Sequence record: DRR723986_4829
Length of the DNA stretch: 46,310 nucleotides
Strand: one strand, 5' to 3'
Shown here: positions 8,996-17,197 of the stretch, piece after piece
Numbering within the stretch: position 1 is the first letter of the stretch
How the letters are laid out: each line of letters opens with the position of its first letter
Program-made: the position numbers and the translations under genes
The notes under the pieces: generated by a model
Told to the model about the DNA's origin: nothing
The model's database searches: none
The model's input: only the letters and a program-made list of their open reading frames with translations

Positions 8996-9913
8996 TCAGA
9001 GCAGGGCGTAGCCCAGTCCGGCGCCCGTGGCCATGGACGCGAAGCACACGAGGCTTGCCAACTGGGCCGGCACGATGCGGGCAGTGATGCCATCGCTGGC
9101 CAGCAAGCGCCATGCTGAATAGCTCGCAGGCAGGGCACCAAGCAGGCCGGGCCATGCGCTGTGGGCATTGCTGAAGCTCAGGACGACCGCGGCCAACCAG
9201 AAGAACGCACTCAGCAGGATTACCACGTAAGCCAGCGCGGCCTTGTCCGGCCCGAGGCGCACCACCAGGTTGCGCTTGCCCGCTGCCTGGTCGGCGCGGT
9301 AATCGGGGAACTGGTTGATCCAGAGGAATCCTGCCACCAGCAGGCCGAGCACTCCGGACAAGTGGACCAGCACGCCATTGAGATACCCGGTCTGCACGAA
9401 ATAGGCCCCGCAAACCACCAGAGGGCCATAGGCGAGGGCAACAGCGGCTTCGCCAAGTCCGCGATAGGCCAGGCGCAGCGTTCCACCGTGGTAGTACCAC
9501 GCCAGTGCCAGGCCGAGGATGCCGAATATCAGGACACGGCTGTCACGGAGCGCGGTGATGAACAGGCCGATGATGATGGCGGCGCAGAAGAACAGGCCGG
9601 CGATCGCCCAGATTTGCCCGCGCGTCAGCAGGCCGTCTACCAGTACGCGCTTGCCGCCGGAGAAGGGCGAGCGGTCTTCGGCTGCTACAGCCTGGTCGGT
9701 GCCGCTGTCGAAGTCCACCACCTCCCCGGACGCGTTCTTCGCCACCTCCACACAGAATACGCCGATGACGGTGAGTGCCAGCCAGCCCCAGTGCAGGCCT
9801 TCGTCACGACCGGCGAAGCAGGCCGCCAGGAACAGGCCGGCAAAGGACGCCAGCGAAATTTTGGGGTCAGCCAGCCGCCAGAAACCCTGCCAGAAGCGAG
9901 GCATTGAGGTCAT
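8996..9913 (-). CDS. UbiA-superfamily prenyltransferase, MenA-like
   Basis: Polytopic; Asp-rich motifs KNASGEVVDFDSGTD and NQFPDYRADQAAGKRNL; RSPFSGG; LAYRGLGE. Confidence 0.85.
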   Translation of the reverse strand: MTSMPRFWQGFWRLADPKISLASFAGLFLAACFAGRDEGLHWGWLALTVIGVFCVEVAKNASGEVVDFDSGTDQAVAAEDRSPFSGGKRVLVDGLLTRGQIWAIAGLFFCAAIIIGLFITALRDSRVLIFGILGLALAWYYHGGTLRLAYRGLGEAAVALAYGPLVVCGAYFVQTGYLNGVLVHLSGVLGLLVAGFLWINQFPDYRADQAAGKRNLVVRLGPDKAALAYVVILLSAFFWLAAVVLSFSNAHSAWPGLLGALPASYSAWRLLASDGITARIVPAQLASLVCFASMATGAGLGYALL

Positions 9914-9919
9914 TGTCCG

Positions 9920-10627
9920 CTATACCGCATAGACCATCTCCATAGGCAGGCCGCAGGCGTCCACAGCCGGTGCAGGTGGCAGGGTGCGCCAGGCATCCTT
10001 GCGACTGGCGGTGACTGCCACCACAAGCGCATCCACGATATCGTCGCGGGCGACCAGTTTGCGCGGGAACTCCGCCATTGCTTGCTCGATGATGGCGCTG
10101 GCAGCCGGCAGGTGGCTGGCGAGAACGCGTTGTCGCTCCTGGAAGCCGGGCTCCGTTTTCTTGTTGTGCTGCATTGGCCGTTGGCCCGCAAGTGCCCAGA
10201 AACACAGTTCCGGGTGTACCTCGCGGACCATCTGGCGCGCTCTTGCGCTGCGCGCCAGCAAATCGTCCACCTCGCGGATCTTGGGCACGATATTCCAGGC
10301 CTGCTTGCTGAGGCCCTTGCCGGAGAGCTGGCGACTGAGCGCGTTGGCATTCGGGTAGTCAGCCGCGGCCAGCAGCGGTCGTAGTGGGGCGCTGAACACG
10401 CTCGACGCCCGTCTGCCGAGCACCGCACGTGCCGCCTGGTCGCAAGCGCGGGGCGTGCCGGTGGCTTCGTGAAGCCCGATCGGAATGTCGATGAACAGGG
10501 GGTCTTTCGGCCCGGCCAGGTCCAGGACCTCGGCGACTGTTGCGCTGACTCCCATCCGGGTTGCCCCGCCACCAAGCGCGATGTGGAACCAGCCGCCGCG
10601 ACAGCCATCAACACCCCAGTATTGCAT
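9920..10627 (-). CDS. DUF429 protein (predicted RNase H-fold nuclease)
   Basis: GVDGCRGGW, FIDIPIGL, RACDQAAR, SVFSAP, EVHPE, DDIVDA motifs. Confidence 0.85.
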   Translation of the reverse strand: MQYWGVDGCRGGWFHIALGGGATRMGVSATVAEVLDLAGPKDPLFIDIPIGLHEATGTPRACDQAARAVLGRRASSVFSAPLRPLLAAADYPNANALSRQLSGKGLSKQAWNIVPKIREVDDLLARSARARQMVREVHPELCFWALAGQRPMQHNKKTEPGFQERQRVLASHLPAASAIIEQAMAEFPRKLVARDDIVDALVVAVTASRKDAWRTLPPAPAVDACGLPMEMVYAV

Positions 10628-11004
10628 CAGGCCGCCGGTTCGTCCGCGCTGTCGGTGCCGAACCAGTCAGCCATGCGACGATCGGCCTTGGCCCTGACGT
10701 CGTCATTGATATAGGCCGCGACAGCAGCAACGGCCAGCACCAGTACCCCGAGATCGTCCGCGTATCCCACAGCGGGCGTAATATCCGCGATCGCGTCCAG
10801 GGGAACGATAAAGTATCCCAGGGCGGCAACAATGGTTGTCTTCGCCCAGGCGGGGGCCTTCTCTTCCTGCATCGCATAATACAACCACAGGGCCTTCTCG
10901 ATGACCTCGCGCCCGGCGGATTTGCCAAAGCGGCGCAGCTTCTCCCAGAAGCCCTTGTCGCTGTAGGCGTCCTCGAATTCGTTGTGGTCATCGGCCTGGT
11001 TCAA
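10627..11004 (-). CDS. YkvA/DUF1232 family membrane protein
   Basis: FWEKL, ALGYFIVPLDAIADITPAVGYADD; TTG start with GGAGGG RBS; TGATG overlap with DUF429 start. Confidence 0.9.
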   Translation of the reverse strand: MNQADDHNEFEDAYSDKGFWEKLRRFGKSAGREVIEKALWLYYAMQEEKAPAWAKTTIVAALGYFIVPLDAIADITPAVGYADDLGVLVLAVAAVAAYINDDVRAKADRRMADWFGTDSADEPAA

Positions 11005-11018
11005 GACAAAACCCTCCG

Positions 11019-11894
11019 TCAGTCGAACAGCCAGCGATCCAGTTCGCTGCGGTTGTGTACCACGATCTGCTGTGCCGTCGGCTCGTCCAGCGCTTCCTTG
11101 GGGTCAATGTGCAGCAACTTCAGGGCGTAGGCCACAAGTGTACCCCGGGTGTCGATTTCCAGGGCGCCGTCCACCATTCCATAGTCCACCTGCACGACCT
11201 GCTGTTGCTCGGGAGTCAGGCGCGGGTGCGGGACGATGCGGATTGTCACCCGGGTGTTCCAGGCGTGATCACCTTCCGCGCCTTGCGCCGAGCTATCCAT
11301 GATCTCGGGTATATCCCGGAAACGGCTGAGGACGAAGTCCCGGTAGCCCAGGTTCTTTTCACACCAGGCCCGCACGTGCCAGCGCAGGCCCGTATAAACC
11401 AGGGTATGGGGAACGATAATCCGGCCTTCTCGGTCCGGGTTATTGAGGGAGACGTAATCCACCTCCAGGCGCCGCTGCTGACGCGCCGCCTGCATGATAG
11501 GGCGCAATACGTCCGGCCTGACGTCGCGCACAGGTACCGACAGCACCTCGACATTGGCCACGTTCAGGGCCAGTGATTCGAACATGTTCATCAGCTCGTT
11601 GTTGCGGGCCATCAGGTGCAGGTATTCGTCGGCCATACCGCGGGTGACCCGGGGAGCGAAGGCCGGTGTCGGCTTGTAGCCCTTCAGGTACTTGTCGTAT
11701 TCGAGGTTGCCCGGGCCCACCTCGCGCAGGTAATTGTTAATGTCCTTGCTGGCCTGTTGTCGACCTATGCCGAAGGTGTCGCAGAGGTGGCGGGTAGTCA
11801 GCCGGCCCTCCCAGAGGGCGATGGTTTCGATGTACCGATAGCGCAGCAGCAACTCCCAGCGGAATGGCCACTTGTTGTCGGGAGTTTGAGGCAC
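11019..11894 (-). CDS. WYL-domain transcriptional regulator, CapW/BrxR type (wHTH-WYL-WCX)
   Basis: RYRYIETIALWEGRLTTRHLCDTFGIGRQQASKDINNY wHTH; YVSL..RIIVPHTLVYTGLRWHVRAWCEK..RDFVLSR WYL; PHPRLTPEQQ..DYGM C-terminal domain; GTG start with CAGGAG RBS. Confidence 0.92.
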   Translation of the reverse strand: MPQTPDNKWPFRWELLLRYRYIETIALWEGRLTTRHLCDTFGIGRQQASKDINNYLREVGPGNLEYDKYLKGYKPTPAFAPRVTRGMADEYLHLMARNNELMNMFESLALNVANVEVLSVPVRDVRPDVLRPIMQAARQQRRLEVDYVSLNNPDREGRIIVPHTLVYTGLRWHVRAWCEKNLGYRDFVLSRFRDIPEIMDSSAQGAEGDHAWNTRVTIRIVPHPRLTPEQQQVVQVDYGMVDGALEIDTRGTLVAYALKLLHIDPKEALDEPTAQQIVVHNRSELDRWLFD

Positions 11895-12003
11895 TGCGTA
11901 TCTCCTGAAAATTCCAGGTCAGGTTACAAGAGCGTGTCTCGGAAGTATACGTGAGCGATGTTGAACGGCCGTACGGACTCGTACTGCGGGGGGGGAGGGA
12001 GAG

Positions 12004-12023
12004 GGGGCCGCGAGAGCGGCCCC
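12004..12023 (-). terminator. GC-rich stem-loop just after the lipoprotein stop (no U-tract)
   Basis: GGGGCCGC-GAGA-GCGGCCCC perfect 8-bp stem, 7 nt after the stop; followed on the mRNA strand by a C-rich tract. Confidence 0.5.
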
Positions 12024-12030
12024 GATGGGC

Positions 12031-12447
12031 TTAGCCTTGCCCCATTTCCTTCGCTGCGTCGGCTGCGTCATCCATCGCATCTTCAGCGTCGTCCACCATG
12101 TCTTCCGCGGCGTCACCGACATCATCAGCCATGTCCTGCATGGCGTCCCCGGCGTCTTCTACCATGTCTTCCGCGGCGTCGACGGCGTCTTCAGCCATTT
12201 CCGCTGCAGAGTCCATCGCGTCGCTCGCGGCGTCACCGGCATCGGCCATGGCCTCGGAAGTGGCATCGGCGGCTTCCTTGGCCATCTCTTCCGCGCCTTC
12301 AGCCGCTTCTTTCGCGGTGTCGGTTACGGCGGATGCGGCTTCTTCCGCAGAAGACTTCACTTTGTCGACGTCTTCCTTGCTGCATCCAGTTACGCCCAGA
12401 GCGAGCAGGCTGACCAGTAATGCGCTGGCTGCTATCGTTGTTTTCAT
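12031..12447 (-). CDS. Acidic Ala/Asp/Glu-rich lipoprotein with 11-residue (LEA-like) repeats
   Basis: Signal peptide with lipobox VTGC; repeats such as AEDMVEDAGDA / MQDMADDVGDA / AEDMVDDAEDA; the 20-mer accatgtcttccgcggcgtc occurs at 12095 and 12161 (66 nt apart). Confidence 0.85.
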   Translation of the reverse strand: MKTTIAASALLVSLLALGVTGCSKEDVDKVKSSAEEAASAVTDTAKEAAEGAEEMAKEAADATSEAMADAGDAASDAMDSAAEMAEDAVDAAEDMVEDAGDAMQDMADDVGDAAEDMVDDAEDAMDDAADAAKEMGQG

Positions 12448-12648
12448 ACTTTATCCCTACAGTTTGGCATGGCTGTTAAGCGTATCGTTTTCATTACGCT
12501 GCCCTCGAAGTCGGGGGGAGCTGCAGGACAGCATACCTGTTTTGCGCTCGCTGCAAAACCACCGCAGGTGATCCGTTAGCAGCTGCTTGCGTAAGCTAGA
12601 TTGCAGGCGTAGCGTGCCTGTAGCAGCCCTGAGATAACGGAGTTCCTC

Positions 12649-13167
12649 ATGAAATCGTTCTGCACCGCACTTATCGTCCTACTGTTACTTCCCTTTGCCG
12701 TTGCCAGTCATGCCCTGGAGGTCGGCGACCCCGCCCCCGATTTTGCCCTGCAGGGTTCGGATGGCAACACCTACACACTCGCGGACTTCAAGGGTAAGCA
12801 AGCAGTGGTACTGGCCTGGTTCCCGCGAGCGTTTACCTCCGGCTGCACCGTGGAATGCAAGTCCCTGGCAGCCAACGGTGAAAAAATCCGCGAGTTTGAT
12901 GTGAGCTACTTCATGGCCAGCACCGACCCGATCGAAAAGAATACGGAATTTGCCGAAGAGACCGAAGCGGATTTTCCCTTGCTGAGTGATCCGGACGGAT
13001 CGGTAGCCAAGGCCTACGGTGTCTACACCATGGGTTTCGCCAAACGGCATACATTTTACATCGGCAAGGATGGCAACATCCTCAAGATCGACACTGCGGT
13101 CCGTCCGGATACCTCGGCGGAGGATATGATTGCGGCGATGGCTGAGCTGGGCGTTGCGAGGCGTTAA
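12649..13167 (+). CDS. Peroxiredoxin (BCP/PrxQ-like, AhpC/TSA) with signal peptide
   Basis: GDPAPDFAL, WFPRAFTSGCTVEC (PxxxTxxC), FPLLSD, KRHTFYIGKDG. Confidence 0.9.
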   Translation: MKSFCTALIVLLLLPFAVASHALEVGDPAPDFALQGSDGNTYTLADFKGKQAVVLAWFPRAFTSGCTVECKSLAANGEKIREFDVSYFMASTDPIEKNTEFAEETEADFPLLSDPDGSVAKAYGVYTMGFAKRHTFYIGKDGNILKIDTAVRPDTSAEDMIAAMAELGVARR

Positions 13168-14099
13168 CGCGGCCCGGCCAGGCTGGCGGTGAAATCGCGA
13201 ATCCTGTCGATCACCTGCTCGGGGTAGGCGGAAAACGCGGCGACGTGGCTGCCCCAGCGACCTTTCCAGGCGTGCTCAGCTGCGCTGGTGGTGATGGGAG
13301 GTACTTGCCACAGGCTGACCGCACTATTGTTCGCTGCCAGTTGGCGGGCATGGTGGGCCAGTGTGACCGGGTCATCCGGGTCCTGGATCAGCAGGATCGG
13401 CAGCGCCAGGTCAAGGGCACGCCTGCTGGCCTCCATCGCCCCGCCCGGTAGCCCATAAAAGTTGATAGCGACCCAGGCAGACGGCAGGAAAAAAGCCGGT
13501 GCAATGCCAGTCTCCGCCCAGCCGCCCCGGGTGAAGGTCGAGCGCGTGTCGAGCAGCGGGTCGAGCAGAATCAGGCCCGCGGGGTCAGCGCCGTTCGCCA
13601 CGGCGTGGATCGCTGCCGCGCCGCCCATCGATATACCCATGAGGAATACTGGCAGTCCGTTGGTGCGCTCCTTCGCCCAGGCCAGTGCCGCAAGCGCGTC
13701 AGCGGCTTCAGATTTACCGAAGGAAAGACCATTGCCGTCGCTGGCAGATTCGCCGTGATTTCGCAGATCGATGGTCAGAATCGACAGGCCAGCATCTACC
13801 GCCGCCCGGTAGAACGCCATGGCCTGGAAATACTCGCTGTGTCGATTGGAGCCGCCGCCATGCAGGAAAACGATTGTGGCTGATGGCCGCTGTGCCGGGA
13901 TCCACCAGCCTGCGAGTTCGACCTGCTCAGGCCCCGAACTAAGGCGCACGGTCTCAAATGCGAGCCCCAGCGAACCGGGAGACTCGGTGATGGGGTAGCG
14001 GGGCCCAAACAGTACCTGCTGAGGAATATAGATAAACCAGGCGTAGCCCGCTCCCACGAGGATGAAAACGAGTGCAGCAGAGATTGCCTTCAGGCGCAT
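13164..14099 (-). CDS. Alpha/beta-fold hydrolase with N-terminal anchor
   Basis: FLHGG, DLRNHGES, nucleophile GISMGG, Asp (DPDDPV) and His (SHV). Confidence 0.88.
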   Translation of the reverse strand: MRLKAISAALVFILVGAGYAWFIYIPQQVLFGPRYPITESPGSLGLAFETVRLSSGPEQVELAGWWIPAQRPSATIVFLHGGGSNRHSEYFQAMAFYRAAVDAGLSILTIDLRNHGESASDGNGLSFGKSEAADALAALAWAKERTNGLPVFLMGISMGGAAAIHAVANGADPAGLILLDPLLDTRSTFTRGGWAETGIAPAFFLPSAWVAINFYGLPGGAMEASRRALDLALPILLIQDPDDPVTLAHHARQLAANNSAVSLWQVPPITTSAAEHAWKGRWGSHVAAFSAYPEQVIDRIRDFTASLAGPR

Positions 14100-14209
14100 T
14101 GCGGAGTCCGCTTGGATGATGACGCGCAGACAATGTACCTGAAAAATAGGCTTGGATCAGTCCCCGGGAAGGAGGAGAATGTGCCGCCACCTGTTCCAGG
14201 ACAATTACC

Positions 14210-15571
14210 GTGTTTTCCCTGACGACCCTCAAGGAACTGTTTCGACTCGCCTTGCCTATGGTGGTGTCTCAGGGTGCCTGGGCGATGATGGTGTTCACGG
14301 ACCGTTTTTTTATGTCGCGGATAGATGCCACGCATATCGCGGCATCGCAGGGTGGCGGTGTTACCTTCTTCGTGAGTATCGCTTTCTTCACTGGGATCAT
14401 TGCCTACGCTAATGCGCTGGTGGCGCAGTACATGGGTTCAGGGCAGCTTCATAAGTGCCCCAAGGTGGTGACCCAGGGCGTGCTGCTCTCCCTCGCCAGC
14501 CAGCCGCTGTTGTTGCTGGTGGCCTGGAAGATGGGGGGGATATTCGAGTGGATGGGGCACTCTCCCGAGCAGGTCGTCCTCGAAAGGCAATACTATTTTG
14601 TGATGATGGGCGGCGCTCTGCTGATGATGTGCAAGGCTTGCCTGGCCTCCTATTTTTCAGGACTCAGTCGAACCCGCGTGGTCATGATCAGTGATGTGGC
14701 CGGGATAATCGTCAATGTCCCGCTGACCTATGCGCTGGTGTTCGGCAAGCTGGGCCTGCCCGCGCTGGGCATCATCGGCGCTGCGCTGGGGACGGTTATT
14801 GCGACGGGCTTCACCATTGCGGTGTACCTGTTGTTCTATTTCAATCCGATCCACCGCGCCCGTTTCGAGGTACTCAATTCCTTCCGGCTTGATCGGGGAA
14901 TCCTGCGACGTTATCTGCGCCTTGGGTTTCCCTCCGGCTTCGAGCTGTTCATTGGCGCCGGTACCTTTAACCTGTTCCTGCTGTTGTTTCAGTCCTATGG
15001 TGTCAATGAGGGCGCGGCGATGGCCATCGTCTTCACCTGGGATATGGCGTCCTACGTCCCGCTGGTGGGGCTGAACATTGCGGTAATGAGCCTTATTGGA
15101 AGATTCGTCGGCGCAGGTGACATGGCCCGGGCCAACCAGGTCATCTCTTCCGGATTCATCATTGCCCTGGCGTACTCCGGCATCATGGGCCTGTGCTTTA
15201 TTGTGTTCCGGGTGGAACTGGTAGAGGTATTTGCGACACCGGGAGAGGACTTTTCTGAGATTAGCGCCCTCGGTGCCCGGATGATGATCGGGATGGCCAG
15301 CTATGTGATGGCGGACGCTATTATTCTCGTCTGTACCGGTACATTGCGGGGCGCGGGTGATACCCGCTGGCTGATGCAGGCCTCGATTCTTATCCACATC
15401 CTGATGCTGGTAGTGCAGGTGGTCGTCATCAAGGGGGTCGAGGTGGCGCCGCTGGTCAGCTGGTGGGTGTTTGTGTTCACCCTGATCCTGCTGGGCCTCA
15501 CGTACCTGGCGAGGGTAGTGCAGGGCACCTGGCGCAGGCCTGAGCGCCTGGCCCGCGTTATGGCGGAGTAG
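14210..15571 (+). CDS. MATE family efflux transporter
   Basis: RLALPMVVSQ..FTDRFFMS, GLPALGIIGAALGT, RLGFPSG, LRGAGDTR; about 12 TM. Confidence 0.93.
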   Translation: MFSLTTLKELFRLALPMVVSQGAWAMMVFTDRFFMSRIDATHIAASQGGGVTFFVSIAFFTGIIAYANALVAQYMGSGQLHKCPKVVTQGVLLSLASQPLLLLVAWKMGGIFEWMGHSPEQVVLERQYYFVMMGGALLMMCKACLASYFSGLSRTRVVMISDVAGIIVNVPLTYALVFGKLGLPALGIIGAALGTVIATGFTIAVYLLFYFNPIHRARFEVLNSFRLDRGILRRYLRLGFPSGFELFIGAGTFNLFLLLFQSYGVNEGAAMAIVFTWDMASYVPLVGLNIAVMSLIGRFVGAGDMARANQVISSGFIIALAYSGIMGLCFIVFRVELVEVFATPGEDFSEISALGARMMIGMASYVMADAIILVCTGTLRGAGDTRWLMQASILIHILMLVVQVVVIKGVEVAPLVSWWVFVFTLILLGLTYLARVVQGTWRRPERLARVMAE

Positions 15572-16169
15572 CCCGGCTGCCGCTCATGGACGGTAACAGC
15601 CCGACCAGTTCGTCGAAGTGGCGGATGACGATATCCGCCTGGTCCACATCACTGTCGTCTCGGGCCTCCCCGTAGAGCACCGCTGCCATTCCCGCTCGCT
15701 GTGCCGCCTCGATGTCGTAACGGAAATCGCCGACATAGGCCAGTACGGAGGGGGCCAGGCGCCAGCGCCGGGCCAGTTGCAGCAGGCCATCCGGGTCAGG
15801 TTTTGGACGAGCATCTTCCCGGGTGACCAGATCCAGCGCGGGTGCGCCAAGGGCTTGCAGGGTGTGTCGCGCTGCTGCGCGGCTGTTCCTGGTTACCACG
15901 CCGACCGGCAGGCCCGCCGCCATTAGCGCGGTGAGCGCCGCCTGCGCACCGGGCATCCAGCTGGCGTTCCTGGCGCCGATCATCTCGTGACGGTGGATGA
16001 TGGCGAGTGCATGCTGCCGCTGTTCTGCCCTGGGCAGTTCCGCTACGAATTCCAGTAGCCCTGTACCCTCCGGACAGCCTGTTTCCCGGCGCATGGCGGG
16101 GAAGTCCAGCCGGGAATCGACCAGGGTGCCATCGAGATCGAAGATAATCCCCTGCAGGTGGCCCAGCAC
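15558..16169 (-). CDS. HAD-superfamily hydrolase (phosphatase, subfamily IA)
   Basis: FDLDGTLVDS, VTRN, KPDPDG, VGDFRYD. Confidence 0.92.
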   Translation of the reverse strand: MLGHLQGIIFDLDGTLVDSRLDFPAMRRETGCPEGTGLLEFVAELPRAEQRQHALAIIHRHEMIGARNASWMPGAQAALTALMAAGLPVGVVTRNSRAAARHTLQALGAPALDLVTREDARPKPDPDGLLQLARRWRLAPSVLAYVGDFRYDIEAAQRAGMAAVLYGEARDDSDVDQADIVIRHFDELVGLLPSMSGSRATPP

Positions 16170-16175
16170 GCGAGA

Positions 16176-17060
16176 TCAGATGGTCAGCAGGCGGCGCAGC
16201 AGGCCGTCGCCACGGCGCTGCTGTTCACGCACCAGCAACAGTTCTGCCAGCTGTTCCTCTATCTGTTCGGCCACTTCGCCCCGGATGCGCTTTTGCTGGG
16301 CTTTGCTCAACTTGCGCTGGCGATAGGGAGCGAGGTCGATCGGCTGTCCGAATCCGAGATAGCAGGCCTGGGGTTTGGGAAACAGGCTGCCCAGTGCGCC
16401 GACCGGGATCGGTGGGATCATATCGCTGCGGGTATTGTCATCCAGCAGGCCGGCGCCGCGCAGCAGTTGGCCCAGGGCGGTATCCGGCAGCTCGTGGCCT
16501 TCCACAAGGTGGCCGTAGAATTCGTCAGGGCCAACCAGGGCAAAGGGCATGATCGTATAACCGTGCTGGGCAGCCAACTTGACGAAGCCATAGCGTTCTT
16601 TCCACTGCAGCACGTACATCTCACTGGCTGGCTTGACCGCTTCGTGTGCGCCGCCGGGGAAAACCAGGATGTCCTGGCCGGACTCCATCAGGGCAGAGCA
16701 GACCTCGGGGTGGCCCATGGTTGCGCCGCGCTTGAGCAGGAAGTTCCCGATCCCCTGGTTGGTGAACAGGAATTTATCGCCCATTGGCCGCAGGAATCGA
16801 CCATATTCTTTCAACATCAGCGGCTGGATGACCATACCGTCGAGCGCGAACAGCGAGTGATTGCCGATAAACAGGCAAGGCTTGTCGGGAATGTTCTCTA
16901 CGCCCATTACTGTGGGCTTGAACAGGCGCTTGACCACGCTGTAGGTCAGGTCGAGTTCCAGCCCGACAGGCGGCTTCGTGGCGAGCGCGGCGTCTATGTG
17001 CGCCGCGAGAGCCTGCTGGTCGGAGAGCGGTTGATTTTCCTTGTCAGAGAAGGAGTTCAT
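16176..17060 (-). CDS. MGAT/DGAT2-like lysophospholipid acyltransferase family protein
   Basis: GNHSLFALD, VFPGGAHEA, RYGFVKLAAQHGYTIMPFALVG, FGQPIDL; alternative start 17078. Confidence 0.85.
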   Translation of the reverse strand: MNSFSDKENQPLSDQQALAAHIDAALATKPPVGLELDLTYSVVKRLFKPTVMGVENIPDKPCLFIGNHSLFALDGMVIQPLMLKEYGRFLRPMGDKFLFTNQGIGNFLLKRGATMGHPEVCSALMESGQDILVFPGGAHEAVKPASEMYVLQWKERYGFVKLAAQHGYTIMPFALVGPDEFYGHLVEGHELPDTALGQLLRGAGLLDDNTRSDMIPPIPVGALGSLFPKPQACYLGFGQPIDLAPYRQRKLSKAQQKRIRGEVAEQIEEQLAELLLVREQQRRGDGLLRRLLTI

Positions 17061-17092
17061 GGGCCAGCGCCTGAGCATGCATTGGGCCGCGA

Positions 17093-17098
17093 ATTATA
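17093..17098 (-). promoter_or_regulatory. -10 box TATAAT for the acyltransferase-HAD operon
   Basis: Minus strand GGGTATAATTCGCGGCCC upstream of the acyltransferase start. Confidence 0.5.
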
Positions 17099-17197
17099 CC
17101 CGCCGTCCCGGTGACTGTCAGGCTGGTCGCTCGCGGTCTTTCCGGATGTGCCCGATTGGGCTACAGTGCCCGCACCGCGAAAGCCGGAGGCAAGCAG

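Noticed and set aside
8996-12000. WYL operon as a horizontally acquired island
   Set aside because: No integrase, transposase, tRNA, flanking direct repeats or obvious GC shift visible
12060-12350. Periodic DNA repeats suggestive of a CRISPR or tandem array
   Set aside because: Degenerate, codon-phased 33/66-nt repeats inside a lipoprotein CDS; no unique spacers or cas genes
12841-12860. Possible selenocysteine in the peroxiredoxin active site
   Set aside because: Codon is TGC (Cys); no in-frame TGA
16158-17114. 318-aa plus-strand ORF
   Set aside because: Antisense mirror of the acyltransferase gene with no family features
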